Shown here piece by piece: positions 52,672 to 64,000 of a DNA stretch of 64,000 nt. The stretch covers positions 8,000,001 through 8,064,000 of the forward strand of contig NC_087249.1 of assembly GCF_037042905.1 (NCBI RefSeq), read 5' to 3'. The notes beneath the pieces were generated by a model, which did no database searches, was not told the DNA's origin, and worked only from the letters and a program-made list of their open reading frames with translations. The stretch's first letter is position 1, and each line of letters begins with the position of its first letter. The position numbers and the translations under genes were made by a program. The DNA comes from Lytechinus pictus (taxonomy: Eukaryota).

Positions 52672-54908
52672 TAGGGTTGGCGCGTTTTAAACGGTGTGTT
52701 TTAAAACATGTTTTAAAACGCGTTTTAAAACACCCGTTTTTTTTACAAAAAAAACGCGTTTTAAAACACCTCATAGACTTGTGTGTTATAAATATGCATG
52801 GATGTGATTCTACATGAATTTATTTTTTTTACTTTTATTTCTTAATTGGTTTATTATTTTCTTCTAACTAAATATCTTTCTCAACACTACTCTTTTTCTC
52901 CTCTCTCTTTCCCCCCTTATTCTCCCTTTCTCCATTGCTTTGTCATGTTCCTTTCCTCCTGTTCAATTGTGCACATCAATCTATATTTAAGAATATTCTC
53001 ATTTTAACAAACATCTGAGTGTTGTGCTCACTTTTAGACAGGGAAAGAAACACTATTTAAAATGAGCTCAAATATGTAATAGTAGTACTTGAATGAAATG
53101 GAAGTGTTGCACAAACATAATAATATTTTGCAAATAGACTGTATATCTGACATTGTAACCTTGAGGTACACACAAAATTAGGTGAAACTTTGCGCTTCGT
53201 AAAGATGAAGAAAAGTAATTTAATTCAGTATAAGATAATCAGCTAGCAAACCTTTTTTTCCTCCCTGAACATGTGTGGAACTACCATTGTTTTAACATTT
53301 TTTGGTTTAGTCAAGTTGGTCATTATTATCAAATCTGTACAAATTGAAATATTGTATTGTTCAAACAATTAAAAAAAAAATAGTGAGGGGCATTATCAAC
53401 TCTCTCATTTGCACATCACTGAGTTGTAATAAATGTTTTTGTGAAAAATAAGCGAAATTTTAAAATGTTATAACTTTCTTATTTTACATCCGATTTTGAT
53501 GAAATTTTCAGCATTATGCTTGTTTAAATTTTTTCTACTGATTCAAATCAAACATTTTTCTGGGGTGGACTTGACCTTTAACCCTAACACTCCCAGGGGA
53601 CCGTAATGGCCCCCTTAAAAATTTCTATGATAAATCCATAAGCACAACAGGGCCACGCCATATGACTATTTTTTTGGATACATGCATGGATATGTGGTTA
53701 TGATATTACCATGGAGCTATCAACACATTAATAGCTCAATGATATTACAAGTGCATGACAGACCAGAATTGCTCAATTTCGTGATTTCATGTATAAAGCC
53801 AATGCAAATTTTTCGCCAACATTTTTATCTGTATCAATATTTGTACTTTTTGTTAATGATTGGAAAATTATTGCCAATAATTTCCATTAAAAAACCGATT
53901 AAAAAAACACAAAAGTAACCACAAAACTGTAGATAAGAAATATGTAAAAAAAACAGTTAAAACAAACATTAAAAAAACAATTTGATCAGAATTCCTCAAA
54001 TAAAGAAATAAGCAGTTCAAGGGCCTAATATTTATTATCTACAAAACTGTAGATAAGAAATATGTAAAAAAATACAGTTAAAACAAACATTAAAAAAACA
54101 ATTTGATCAGAATTCCTCAATCAAAGAAATAAGCAGTTCAAGGGCCTAATATTTATAGATTTAAACCCAATTTTGTATTTCATGCACTTATGGGTACCCG
54201 GTAGAATGTAAAAGTCATTGTAGCTTGTCCAATACTGTGTGCGCCTCACTGGCGACTGACTTGAATACTACCCAGGGAGTGGAGGATGTGCATACATTGT
54301 GTGCGGGAATTACTGATTGAATCCGATGATTGTGGTAATAATAAATCTTTAAAGCGCTTAGACATGTCGTTCCAATGTATTAAGCGCGATATAAAAGCGG
54401 ACTTTTATCATTATTATTACTTAAAATTTGTATAATTGATTCAAATGAAATAAAGCATATTGAGTAAATGAAATTAAGCATTGAAAGCCTATAGTCTATA
54501 GATTATGTCATTTTCTGACATTGTGCAAATTCTTCTCACCCCCTAGATTGACAAGACTCAAAAAACCCTGAGACTACATCATATGTATGAGGAATAAACT
54601 TATGAAATGTCAACTTACTTTTTCGGCATTCAATTTCCTTGATTTTGTTATTTGGGGGAAAATATGAACTTATCTGTTGGAAATTCAGTAAAAAAAATGG
54701 TAGTCATCTCTTACTAATACTCCAAAAATGTATTTAAAACATCAAGAGCTTAAATCATACTGTATTAAATGTACAATTTAATTGATTTACAGAAAATTAC
54801 ATCGTTCGTTGGGAAAAAAACGTTTTAAAACGATTTAAAACGTTTTAAAACAATAAAAAGCGTTTTATTCGTTTTTTTTAATAAAAAACGTTTTTTATTA
54901 CAACCCTG
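52672..54908. mobile_element. 2.2-kb hAT-like non-autonomous element with nested insertions
   Basis: TAGGGTTG ... CAACCCTG; 8-bp TSD AGCATCAG/AGCATCAC; TTTTAAAAC repeats at both ends. Confidence 0.75.
53921..54156. repeat. Near-perfect 120-bp tandem duplication
   Basis: 53921-54040 vs 54041-54156. Confidence 0.92.
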
Positions 54909-54942
54909 AGCATCACAGAGATCAACTTCATCCTGTACTTAC

Positions 54943-55004
54943 TTTGTTATGAGATTGAAACTTAGAAACAGCCTTTGCAAGCTTGGTAATGTGTCAACAT
55001 CAGT
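54943..55004 (-). CDS. LRRC49: LRRC49 exon (TDVDTLPSLQRLFLSFNLIT)
   Basis: catag|...|gtaagt; 62 nt; matches 'DVDNLPCLQHLFLSFN'. Confidence 0.93.
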
Positions 55005-55822
55005 CTATGAAGAGAGAAAAACAAATTATCATTATCAAACAAAAGTATCAGAAAAAAATATGCAGCGTTATTGAAAACAATTGTACTTACTTATGTAGCA
55101 CTTTTCACTTAATTTACCAGAATTCTCTAATCACTCTACAATAGTTCAACATAATTACCCTTAACAGAGCATCAGACTTAGGCACTTTTGTGTTTCAAGG
55201 AATAAATTTGCATCAGGTTCTGAGGTATGATGTGGTACAACAATATCCTGATTGGATATCCGAAAGATCCATCAAAATATTACATCCTCAAATATGAAGC
55301 CCATTGCATGTTTTGGAATCGGTTTTATATTAAAAGAAGTGCGCAGATAGTTTACTTTGATCGGGCATCCAATAAAAAGAGAAATTCATGTAAAATCTCA
55401 AAATTGATCATGTAAGGCACATTTTTTTTCTTTCATATCCTCCACAACTTTACCATTCATTCATACACATTCACATTTCTAGTAATGAATTGGAATAGTG
55501 ATAAATGCATTTGGAGGATTTACCAATGTTAAAGACAGACTTTAAAGTTGGTTCCCCTAGTACATTGATAATAATAACAACAACAGCAACAACAATAATA
55601 ATATGCAACATTTACAAAGCACTTAATACAATGTTTCTAAGCACTGCATACTGTTACCCCGGCTTTCGCACAGCTATCCATATAGTAAACCTGGGTGAAG
55701 AGTGGCAAATGTAGATAAACGCCTTGCCAAAGGACACAAGTACCAGGGTGGAGCTCGAACCCCTGACCTTACGTTTCAAAGTTCGGAGACTTATCTACTC
55801 AGCCACAACACCTCTACACTAA

Positions 55823-56416
55823 AGGGGTACTCTGGGCTGAAAATATTCATATCTATATAAATCGAGTAAAATTCACATCGCAAAATGCTGAAATTTTTCA
55901 TAAAAATCTGATAACAAATATCAAAGTTATTGAATTTGAAAGTTTAGCAATATTTGTGAAAAGAATTATATGCATGTCATCATGAATTATCATTAGGTGG
56001 GCTAATGATGCCACATCCCCACTTTCTTTTTTCTTATGTTATTACATGAAATCATAATTGTTTCATTATTTCATACATGTGTGAATGATACGTCTCCCTT
56101 ATAATGAATTAAGTTGCAGCAATGAATATCCAATGCACTAAATCAGTTGTCAATCCAACTTTTTATTCATTAAAGGAAACAAATTGAATAAACCTAATTT
56201 CAAATAATAAAAGAAAAAGTGGGGATATGACATCAATTTGCTCATTGAATATTCATGAAGACAAGCCTAGAACTGTTTCACCGGAATAATGCAAAACCTT
56301 AAAATGTCATAACTTTTTTATTTTCTTATCCGATTTTGATGAAATTTTCAGGGTTTTGTTTGTCTGATTTTTCTTGATCTGTTCAAATCATATTATCTTC
56401 AGCCTGGACTACCCCT
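55823..56416. mobile_element. Kolobok-like MITE, family C
   Basis: (C)TAA|AGGGGTACTC.GGGCTGAA ... TTCAGCCTGGACTACCCCT|TTAA. Confidence 0.75.
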
Positions 56417-56450
56417 TTAAACCAATTTTCAAAGTGCATGCTAGACTCAC

Positions 56451-56661
56451 CACGGTGGAGATCTTGTTCCGCCTCAGGTTGAGTTCCGTCAGGGAGTCCA
56501 TTCCACAGAGTCCCTCCACGTGGGTGATCTCGTTCCCAGCAAGGTTGAGGACCCGGAGCTCCTGCAGGTGATCCAGGTTCTCCACCTTGCTGATGCGGTT
56601 GCCATGGAGATCAAGAACATCCAGCTTGACCAGGTTGGTCAGTCGCTCGATCTTCTGGATT
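56451..56661 (-). CDS. LRRC49: LRRC49 LRR exon (IQKIERLTNLVKLDVLDLHGNRISKVENLDHLQELRVLNLAGNEITHVEGLCGMDSLTELNLRRNKISTV)
   Basis: SDS22-like LRRs; LDVLDLHGN and DSLTELNLR; GT-AG; 211 nt. Confidence 0.96.
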
Positions 56662-57617
56662 CTGTGAGGAAGTTCAGATGGAAAGAGCTGTTGAACATTT
56701 GGAAGATTTTGGTATCAGGCAAAAAATAATAATTTCGGGCTACTTTTTCGCAACTTACTGCCTAATATGCAACATTGGATAAGCTTCAACATTGCAACAA
56801 ATTGGGATTTTCCAGGGCTTCCTTTTTTGTAGTTTCCGGGGCTCTTTCCAGCATTTCGGGGGCGAAATCGCCCCGTGTATTTTTTCCCCTGCTTGGTATA
56901 AGCCAGCGTCCTTGACACTCAAAGGAAGGCTCAATCCCCTTTGCAAAACTGGGATGGTTCCATGTGCGGTCAATGGCTGACAGTGACGTTAGAGGGTAAT
57001 TATGATAAGGAGTGGGGGTCGGATTGAAAACACGGCCAATTCGTTCAGAGTAACCCAAGTCCAGCAGGTGGCTGCAAACCTCTGATAGCTGAGAAGGCAA
57101 CCACCAAGGAGCAGGTTGGTTCAGTAGGTTGAAAAGAGTCTACTTATCAACCCAAAGATTGCAACTTCAGTTCCCACCCAGATGGATAACAGCCACCCAC
57201 ATTCAGTATCAACATGTTCCTTCTCTGTTTCATTAGAACTAAACTATTTCACAGTGAAATCAATATTCTGTTCCTTGAGATCCCCGGATAGAGAAAAAAT
57301 CACACCATTTACACATTAGAAACCCACTTCCAATTTGGTTGAGTTAGGAGTTGATAAACTGACTAATGAAGAGTTCTATTACATGTAATTGTATGTTTTG
57401 TCAGCAAATACTTAATTCTGCGTCCTGTCATACAAACAATCAAATCTAAGATGAATATCAAGTTGCAAGTCGAAAGCAAATCAAGTATTAAAGATTTTAT
57501 TATAAATGATGAATAAGATTGATTGCATCTCTTGTATTTCAGGGTACTGGAATTGAATGAGAAAATAAAATATTTTGTGGGGGATTTTTAATGATCCATT
57601 TATCAAAACACACTTAC

Positions 57618-57821
57618 TTGTTCTTGCCAAGCATAAGAACCCTCAGAGACCTCATGGTGTCCAACCCCGAGATGGTCTCTATCCTGTTGTCGTAGAGGTC
57701 AAGGAAGATGAGTCTTCTGAGTGATGCTAGGTGTTCTATCCTCCTGATGCCATTGTGCTGAAAGTTGAGTAATCTCAGGTGATCTTCTCCCTCAAGGATG
57801 GGGCACTGTGTCAGTTTCCTC
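57618..57821 (-). CDS. LRRC49: LRRC49 LRR exon (RKLTQCPILEGEDHLRLLNFQHNGIRRIEHLASLRRLIFLDLYDNRIETISGLDTMRSLRVLMLGKNK)
   Basis: Matches recalled LRRC49 'CPIINGEDHLRLLNFQHN...LDLYDN...LRVLLLGKN'; GT-AG; 204 nt. Confidence 0.96.
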
Positions 57822-57934
57822 CTGTATGTGGAAAAGGCAATATTGCAAATTCAAGCATTTGACATACCCCTTCTGGCTAAGTGATGCCACTGGCATAAGG
57901 TCCATTGACATCATAATTATGGCTCCTCTCTATT

Positions 57935-58530
57935 TGACACCCATAGAATACAGGATCACCTGTAGCAAGGGTGATCCACCAAACACCATCTCAAGTCTTC
58001 ACTCTCTTTATTTGCCTAACAACTATCAAGTACACTTACCCTATCAGGGTTTAGACCCCTCTTCTTAAGTCCTGTAGACCACAGGATAATGGGTAGCAAG
58101 GGTGATCCATCAACACCTTCACTCAACAACCAGTCTGTACCCAGGCATCAGGTACATGTACACTAACCTGACTAAGTTGGGTCCAGTCCCCCCTCTTCTT
58201 GAGTCCTGTAGACCACACGATCACCAGTGCATTAGTGATCCATCAACACCTTGACCTTCTCACATCTTAACTCTCTTTTTTCACTCAACAACCATCAAGT
58301 ACACTCACCTGTCTAAGTTGAGTCTGTCAGGGTTTAGACTCCTCTCTTCTCGAGTCCTCTAGACCACAGGGAGTCATGTAGACCATAGGATCACCAGGTA
58401 GCATCAGTGATCCATCAACACCTTCTCACATTAACCTAATAACCATCAAGTACACTTACCTGTCTAAGTTGAGTCTGTCAGGGTTTAGACTCCTCTCTTC
58501 TTGAGTTCTGTAGACTACAGGAACGCCAGG
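57935..58530 (-). repeat. Degenerate tandem array (~130-150-bp unit) built from an LRRC49 exon 3' end plus intron start
   Basis: Recurring blocks CATCAAGTACACTYACC, CTCTTCTTGAGTCCTGTAGACCAC, GTGATCCATCAACACC. Confidence 0.88.
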
Positions 58531-58565
58531 CAGAGAGGGAGATTCAGAGAACAGCACCCTGTCAC
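58460..58565 (-). CDS. LRRC49: LRRC49 exon (GDRVLFSESPSLPGVPVVYRTQEERSLNPDRLNLDR)
   Basis: ctttgtag|...|gtaagt; resembles the LRRC49 pre-LRR segment 'RSSEEK...DRLSLER'. Confidence 0.9.
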
Positions 58566-59487
58566 CTACAAAGAAGACAATGATTCAACCAAACATCTTT
58601 ATTATTTGAACTTTGCGTTGGATTGAGTGACGAACGTTCTGATTGTAATATTGAGGAAATAAACATTCTAAAAAAATGCTGGTGAATATAAATCGTTGCA
58701 TTTAATGCTTCTGAAAAGGCTGATAGAATAATTAAGTATAAATTTCACAAGAAGTATATATCTGAATAGCTGCCCCTCTTTAGACTAGAACCTTATTTCT
58801 TAAAAAAATTTAGTATTTCTTATTCATCCCCAAACAACAAAAACTATTCAATCGAATGACTTTACACAACAATATGAATTCTCATCTTCGTTTTCAGATA
58901 GGATTTTTCAATTTTTTTGTTTTGTTAAAATAGACATTATGATTCATTCGTTTAGACAATTGTGATTTTGCAGCTGTATATCATGTGCAATGCAGAAGGC
59001 CAACAAATTTGTTAGAATGTAATTTTAAGACATGGATGTAATTTGTGGGAGATGAATAATGATCCTTATTTTCTGTTCCCTGTTCATCTTTATAAATCAA
59101 TCAAGATATAAATCAGGTGAGAACCAAATGAAAAATTACTTGTTATAACATGTAGTACAGATATTTAATCTTCTTACATTCATATGAATTAACAAAATTA
59201 ACACATCAATCTTTAGAGTTAAAACTGCCTAACACCGTAGAAATATTACTCCTAATATTCAACTTGAGTCACAGCAGAATACACTTACAATTACAAAGCA
59301 CTTTTGTCATGAAACAACAAAAATATATGTAGCTGATAGCACTCTTTGATTAACTCTAAAATTTTGAATGCAGGAAACAGAAATGGCCCATTGAAACTTC
59401 ATGTATATATGTTCTATGTTGTTAGTGAATCACAGAACATTTGCTATATCTGGAATACATTAATTTATGTTTTTCATGTATACTTAC

Positions 59488-59499
59488 CATTACATGAAC
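59488..59499 (-). CDS. LRRC49: Candidate 12-nt LRRC49 microexon (GSCN)
   Basis: ttgttgttgttgtag|GTTCATGTAATG|gtaagta; phase 1-1; no stop. Confidence 0.42.
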
Positions 59500-61304
59500 C
59501 TACAACAACAACAATTACTTATGACATAATAATCTTACTCAATAAAATACCAGTTACATTTATGAACATGTAAATAAATTCAATATAATTTATCAGGTAC
59601 AGGGGTTACAAGATACATACATCATCATGAATTTTATACAAATAATGAAAAAAAAGTTCAAGCATACCGTAATATATTTGTATACAACATTGTGTTCACA
59701 TACGTGTATGTAGTGAAATGATGCATGCTAATTTTATAGATGGTTCCAATTGAAATACTTGAATTGTTACCATGCAATGGAAAACTAAGGGAAAAAATCT
59801 TCCTCAAAATTTTGTTCACTTTTAATGTACAGTGTACGAAGACAAGGCCAAAAGAAAAGAATAATTTTTAATTTTCTACATGTATCTGTTTGAGAAAATT
59901 GATTTAAAAAAAAAAAAAAAAAATGTAAATACTATATTATCTGCATTCCAAAATTTGTTTCTTTTTTTAAAAATAAAATGCTATCAAGAAGAAAGGAAAG
60001 TGAGCTCATAGACTCGGTGGAAATATAAAGGAGCTGAATACAGAAACAGCCAATAGGAAAGAGTATTTCATGCCGAATTTGATAGATAATCACATGCAAA
60101 GATTCAATGCAATCTATGAGTTAATAAATCAATTTGAAATAAAGTAGATACATGTACATTTTGAGGCAAAATGAAATACAAAAAATGCATGTACATGTAC
60201 ATGTCTATACAAAGCAGGCAATACATATAAATGAAGCAAGCATGCAAAGATAACATGGCAATGGGTTGATATATACATGTACATGGATGTATAATATTTT
60301 GATGCTATGAAGTTGATTGATATGCAATAATGAATGATAGTAGCTAGACAAGCAGCATCGCATTAATCTTAATTTAGACTCTCTACAGGTGTTGAAACAC
60401 AATTTTGGCCAGTATAGAGAAAGAACATCCTGTATTCACTCATGAATACTTTTATCTTTCAATAATTTCCATTTAAGAGAATGCTAGCTTGTACATTAGT
60501 AACTGCATTCTGTATGAAAGATTTGCTATGATACACATTTTGTTTAGATGGAAAACATTACTTTTCTCCTTTTTCTCTTCGACAAGGGGTAGTTTGAAAT
60601 GAAAAAAAAAATCTGCATTAAAAATTCCTATGGTAAAGTTATTTGAGTAATTTGATTATTATTGAACATTATTTTTACCCCATTGTCACCAGTACTGTAC
60701 CTGACACATACAACATTTACAGAACTTTTAATATTTTTGGCAAATGCAATACAAAATAATTACATCTCAAGATAATGTTGTTATTTTCTTCCCCAGAATT
60801 TCAACAAATGATAAATATATGTTGAGATACTACTCCATGTATGTACAAGTACTGTATGATCAGGGCCCCGTCTTGCAAAGAGTTAAAATCGATCTGATCA
60901 ATCTATCTCTATGGAAATCCATCAGTGTCAGTGTTTTTCTACGGAATGCAAAGAGAAACGCAGTGAATTTTCAAGAAAACAATGAATGCATGAATATACA
61001 TCATAGCTAAAAAATATTTTGAACAAACATGCATAATAGATGTTGACATTGCTGGCCATCCATAGTTACGATTGATTGGATCAATCGTCTCTTTGACGGG
61101 GCCCAGATATAAGCTGAATAATAAATGTACGTGTGTACATCATGGAATATAAAACATACAGTGTACACTTGAACAGTATATTTAAAATAAAGAATACATC
61201 TCAGAGTAAGCAGAAGAAAAGAAAGTGAATTTATAAAGCACATCATACATGCATATGAATGGTACAGAAATGATTGTAGAATAAGTTTAGGGTGCTACAG
61301 CAGA

Positions 61305-61490
61305 GCTTTTATTATTTATTAATTATTTTATTATTACTTCTTTTATCATTATTTATACTTTTAATTCATATTTACTTATTAATTTATTTTATATATATTC
61401 ATATATTTATTTATTTATTTATTTATCTATGTATTTATTTGTTTATTTATTCATTCATTTATACTTTTATCTATTTATTTATTTTCTAAA
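61305..61490. repeat. (TTTA)n low-complexity tract
   Basis: Directly visible. Confidence 0.9.
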
Positions 61491-62302
61491 TTTTTTTCTA
61501 TTTATTCCCATTCACTTAGTTGATCTTTTTTTGGGGGGAGGCGGAGCTGATTGAAATTTTATTCAAAAAACTTATTCAATGATATTACTATTTTGCATAC
61601 ATTACAACACTTCTTATTTTCTCACTTTTAATTCAATGTTAATATTGTATTCAAGTATTTCTATAGGATTGAAGGGGGGAAGTCCCAAATACAAATGTCT
61701 TCATGACGGAAGGACAATCTTCCGAGATTTCAAGGCAACCATACATGTGATACTAAATTTAATTGAACATCCTATCTCCTTTTCAATTCAATATACTTAT
61801 AATTTTGATTGGAAGCCATCATGGCATACTAATTGTTTTTTGATAAATAACATGTACATGTAGACCCTATCATAAGTCTTCTGAAATGTATTCCTTTCCA
61901 ACCCCGATCAAGACATAAAAATCTATTGTTTTCTATTAAAGAGATTTCCAGGGCCGTCGTGGAACAATTTTGAAAGTGGGAGAGGGGGGGGGGGGCTGAA
62001 CCAAACGTGTTGGGGGTGTCTGACCATGCAAAAAATCTCAATCAGAGGGTCATTTTTACGTTTTTGTATTTTTGGAAAAAGTGGGGGGGGGGGGTGAAGC
62101 CCATCCAGCTGAAGTGAAATCAGAGAAACTGCCCCTGATTTTACTGATAATTCTATATAACTATTTTTTCTCAATAATTTCTGTAGCACCCCGACAATAA
62201 AAACATTCTCTATAATGCTGTACAATATATGAATGCAAGCAAAGAAAAGAAATAATACATACATGTATATAGATAGGAAAAGATTTCTATTTTTACCAGT
62301 AC

Positions 62303-62356
62303 CTGAGTTGAAAGTGCGGAAAGCACATGTAGGCTGTGTTGAGGGAGAGCCCAAGT
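62303..62356 (-). CDS. LRRC49: Candidate upstream LRRC49 exon (xLGSPSTQPTCAFRTFNS-G), 54 nt
   Basis: cattacag|ACTTGG...AACTCAG|gtactg on - strand; phase-1 end fits the exon starting at 58565; no recognisable homology. Confidence 0.5.
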
Positions 62357-62793
62357 CTGTAATGTGGAGATGCGGCAACGGGGTCAGGTCAAACGTCAAA
62401 TTGGCAACGATTGTTTGCAAAAACTGCATGCACACTATTTCTAATAAAGCTAGGGTACACTACGTGTAGTGTAAATTGCAGAAAAAGGATGCACTTCATA
62501 ATAGACACCTTGTTTGTGTGTGCAAGAAATCTATGTCTACTTTGAAAGTTGCTGAAAGCAAGGCTACAGAATGCGAGGGAATAATATAATGTGTGTGACC
62601 TGTGTGCATTGATGATGAAATATGATTAAAAGGTTTTGAAAATCTGACACTTACATGTATATCTGAAGAGATCTGAAGAGATTTTTTTTTTTTTTTTTTT
62701 TTTTTTTGGGGGGGTGGAAATATTAGGCCCTTTGACGTGGCCATTTTCAGTCCTTCAATCCATGCAGCCCAACTCCAAACCAAATTTTGTATA

Positions 62794-63777
62794 CAGTGTG
62801 TATCAAAAAAAAGTTTACACTTACAAAAAATCCTGTAAAATTATACATTTGTAATATCCTGAAGATTTTTCCACATTTTAACATTGGTACAGATCCATTT
62901 AAGCAAATGACGATATAACTGTCGAAAAATATTTCCGCTTGAGTGAGCACCACTTACTTTTGAAAAGTTAGTGAAAAATGATTTGCGCAGAACTTTGAAA
63001 TAGTTATGTGAATAAAAGTAGACCTTAATCATGAAGAACACGTGGAATTTAGCTAGTAAAATTGATTTGAAGATATCTTTTACCTTTTTTAACTTGTTTC
63101 CTTGCCCAAAACACGTCAAAGAGTGCATTGCACCCCACACCACTCCCCAACACCAAGGCCATCGTGATGATATTTGCTTTACACTGAGCTGTGATTAACA
63201 TGAAATGGCCTAGGCTTGATTTTCATTATGTTACTCATTGTCAAGCTTGGAAAAAGTGTGGAGAAACAAGTATTGAATGAAAAATGAAATGTAAACCCAC
63301 TTTAAATGATAAAAACTTAGTGAAAATATGCTAGAGATGTCTGATATAAACTTTTGTTCAGATTTAGTTATGTCCTCAGATCCAGCTGGCACTAAAAGGT
63401 TAAATGTTGTGCTTACTAAGTGTTGAAATTTCAATTTGGGTGGCAAAATTGTTACAAAATGCTTGAATGTATCCGTTTTATTTCAATTGACTAAAAGTTC
63501 AAGAGAAATGTATGAGAAATGTTTCGCAGAGTAAGTTTGATTTCGTCCTTTCCCCTTGACACAGGGTGAAAACGAGCATTTCTGCGCAAACAGATTTCTG
63601 CGAGCTTTACAAAAATGGACAGTGCTCACTCAAGCGTAACATTCCGTCAAAACTTTTACTTTCATTGGATAGAAGAGACCCAAACCCAAGATTATATGTG
63701 AGAAAAATACCAACATGTTGTATATTTTTTAATTCCCAGGGCTTTTTCAAAGTGTAAACTTTTTTTGATACGTACTG
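62794..63777. mobile_element. Tc1-type non-autonomous element (984 bp)
   Basis: TA|CAGTGTGTATCAAAAAAAAGTTTACAC ... GTGTAAACTTTTTTTGATACGTACTG|TA. Confidence 0.85.
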
Positions 63778-64000
63778 TAGAACCAAGATTACCTTTTGCA
63801 ACTTACTTTTCACATTGCATGGAGTGGGGAATGGGGAGGGGATTGTACAGCATCCCCATCTGAATACATTTTTTTAAACAGGGGATGGGGGCATTAGGTT
63901 TCAAGTAAAAAGTGAACAATAGCAGGAAAACATCAAATTTATGGATTGACAAAGACTGAAATTCCTGTGTGTTATCAATGGCCCTATGAGTATCAGTCTA

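Overview
AT-rich, intron-rich animal genomic DNA, not prokaryotic. The repeat content (tRNA-derived SINEs, TTAA-flanked MITEs, frequent TACATGTA/TAGGCCTA) suggests a sea urchin or related invertebrate deuterostome; that is inference only. Two spliced genes lie tail-to-tail. (1) REEP5/6 (TB2/DP1/HVA22 ER-shaping protein), + strand: exons <1-25, 9943-10036, 18564-18702, 19244-19400, 27842-27933. (2) LRRC49, - strand: 12 well-supported coding exons from 58565 to the stop at 44691, with the 5' end outside the window. I translated all exons by hand; they join in frame across GT-AG introns. Almost all ORF-track entries are spurious or are exon pieces running into introns. The most interesting signals concern splicing: a candidate alternative first coding exon of REEP5 (9258-9327), a 21-nt in-frame REEP5 microexon flanked by six TGCATG motifs (20360-20380), candidate 12-nt and 54-nt in-frame LRRC49 exons, and a tandem array copying an LRRC49 exon end with its 5' splice site. 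The rest is mostly nested non-autonomous DNA transposons (Kolobok-, hAT-, Harbinger-, Tc1-, Sola-, Helentron-like), SINEs and one fossil Tc1/mariner transposase. I found no convincing wholly new biological system. Family names come from recalled motifs, not database searches.
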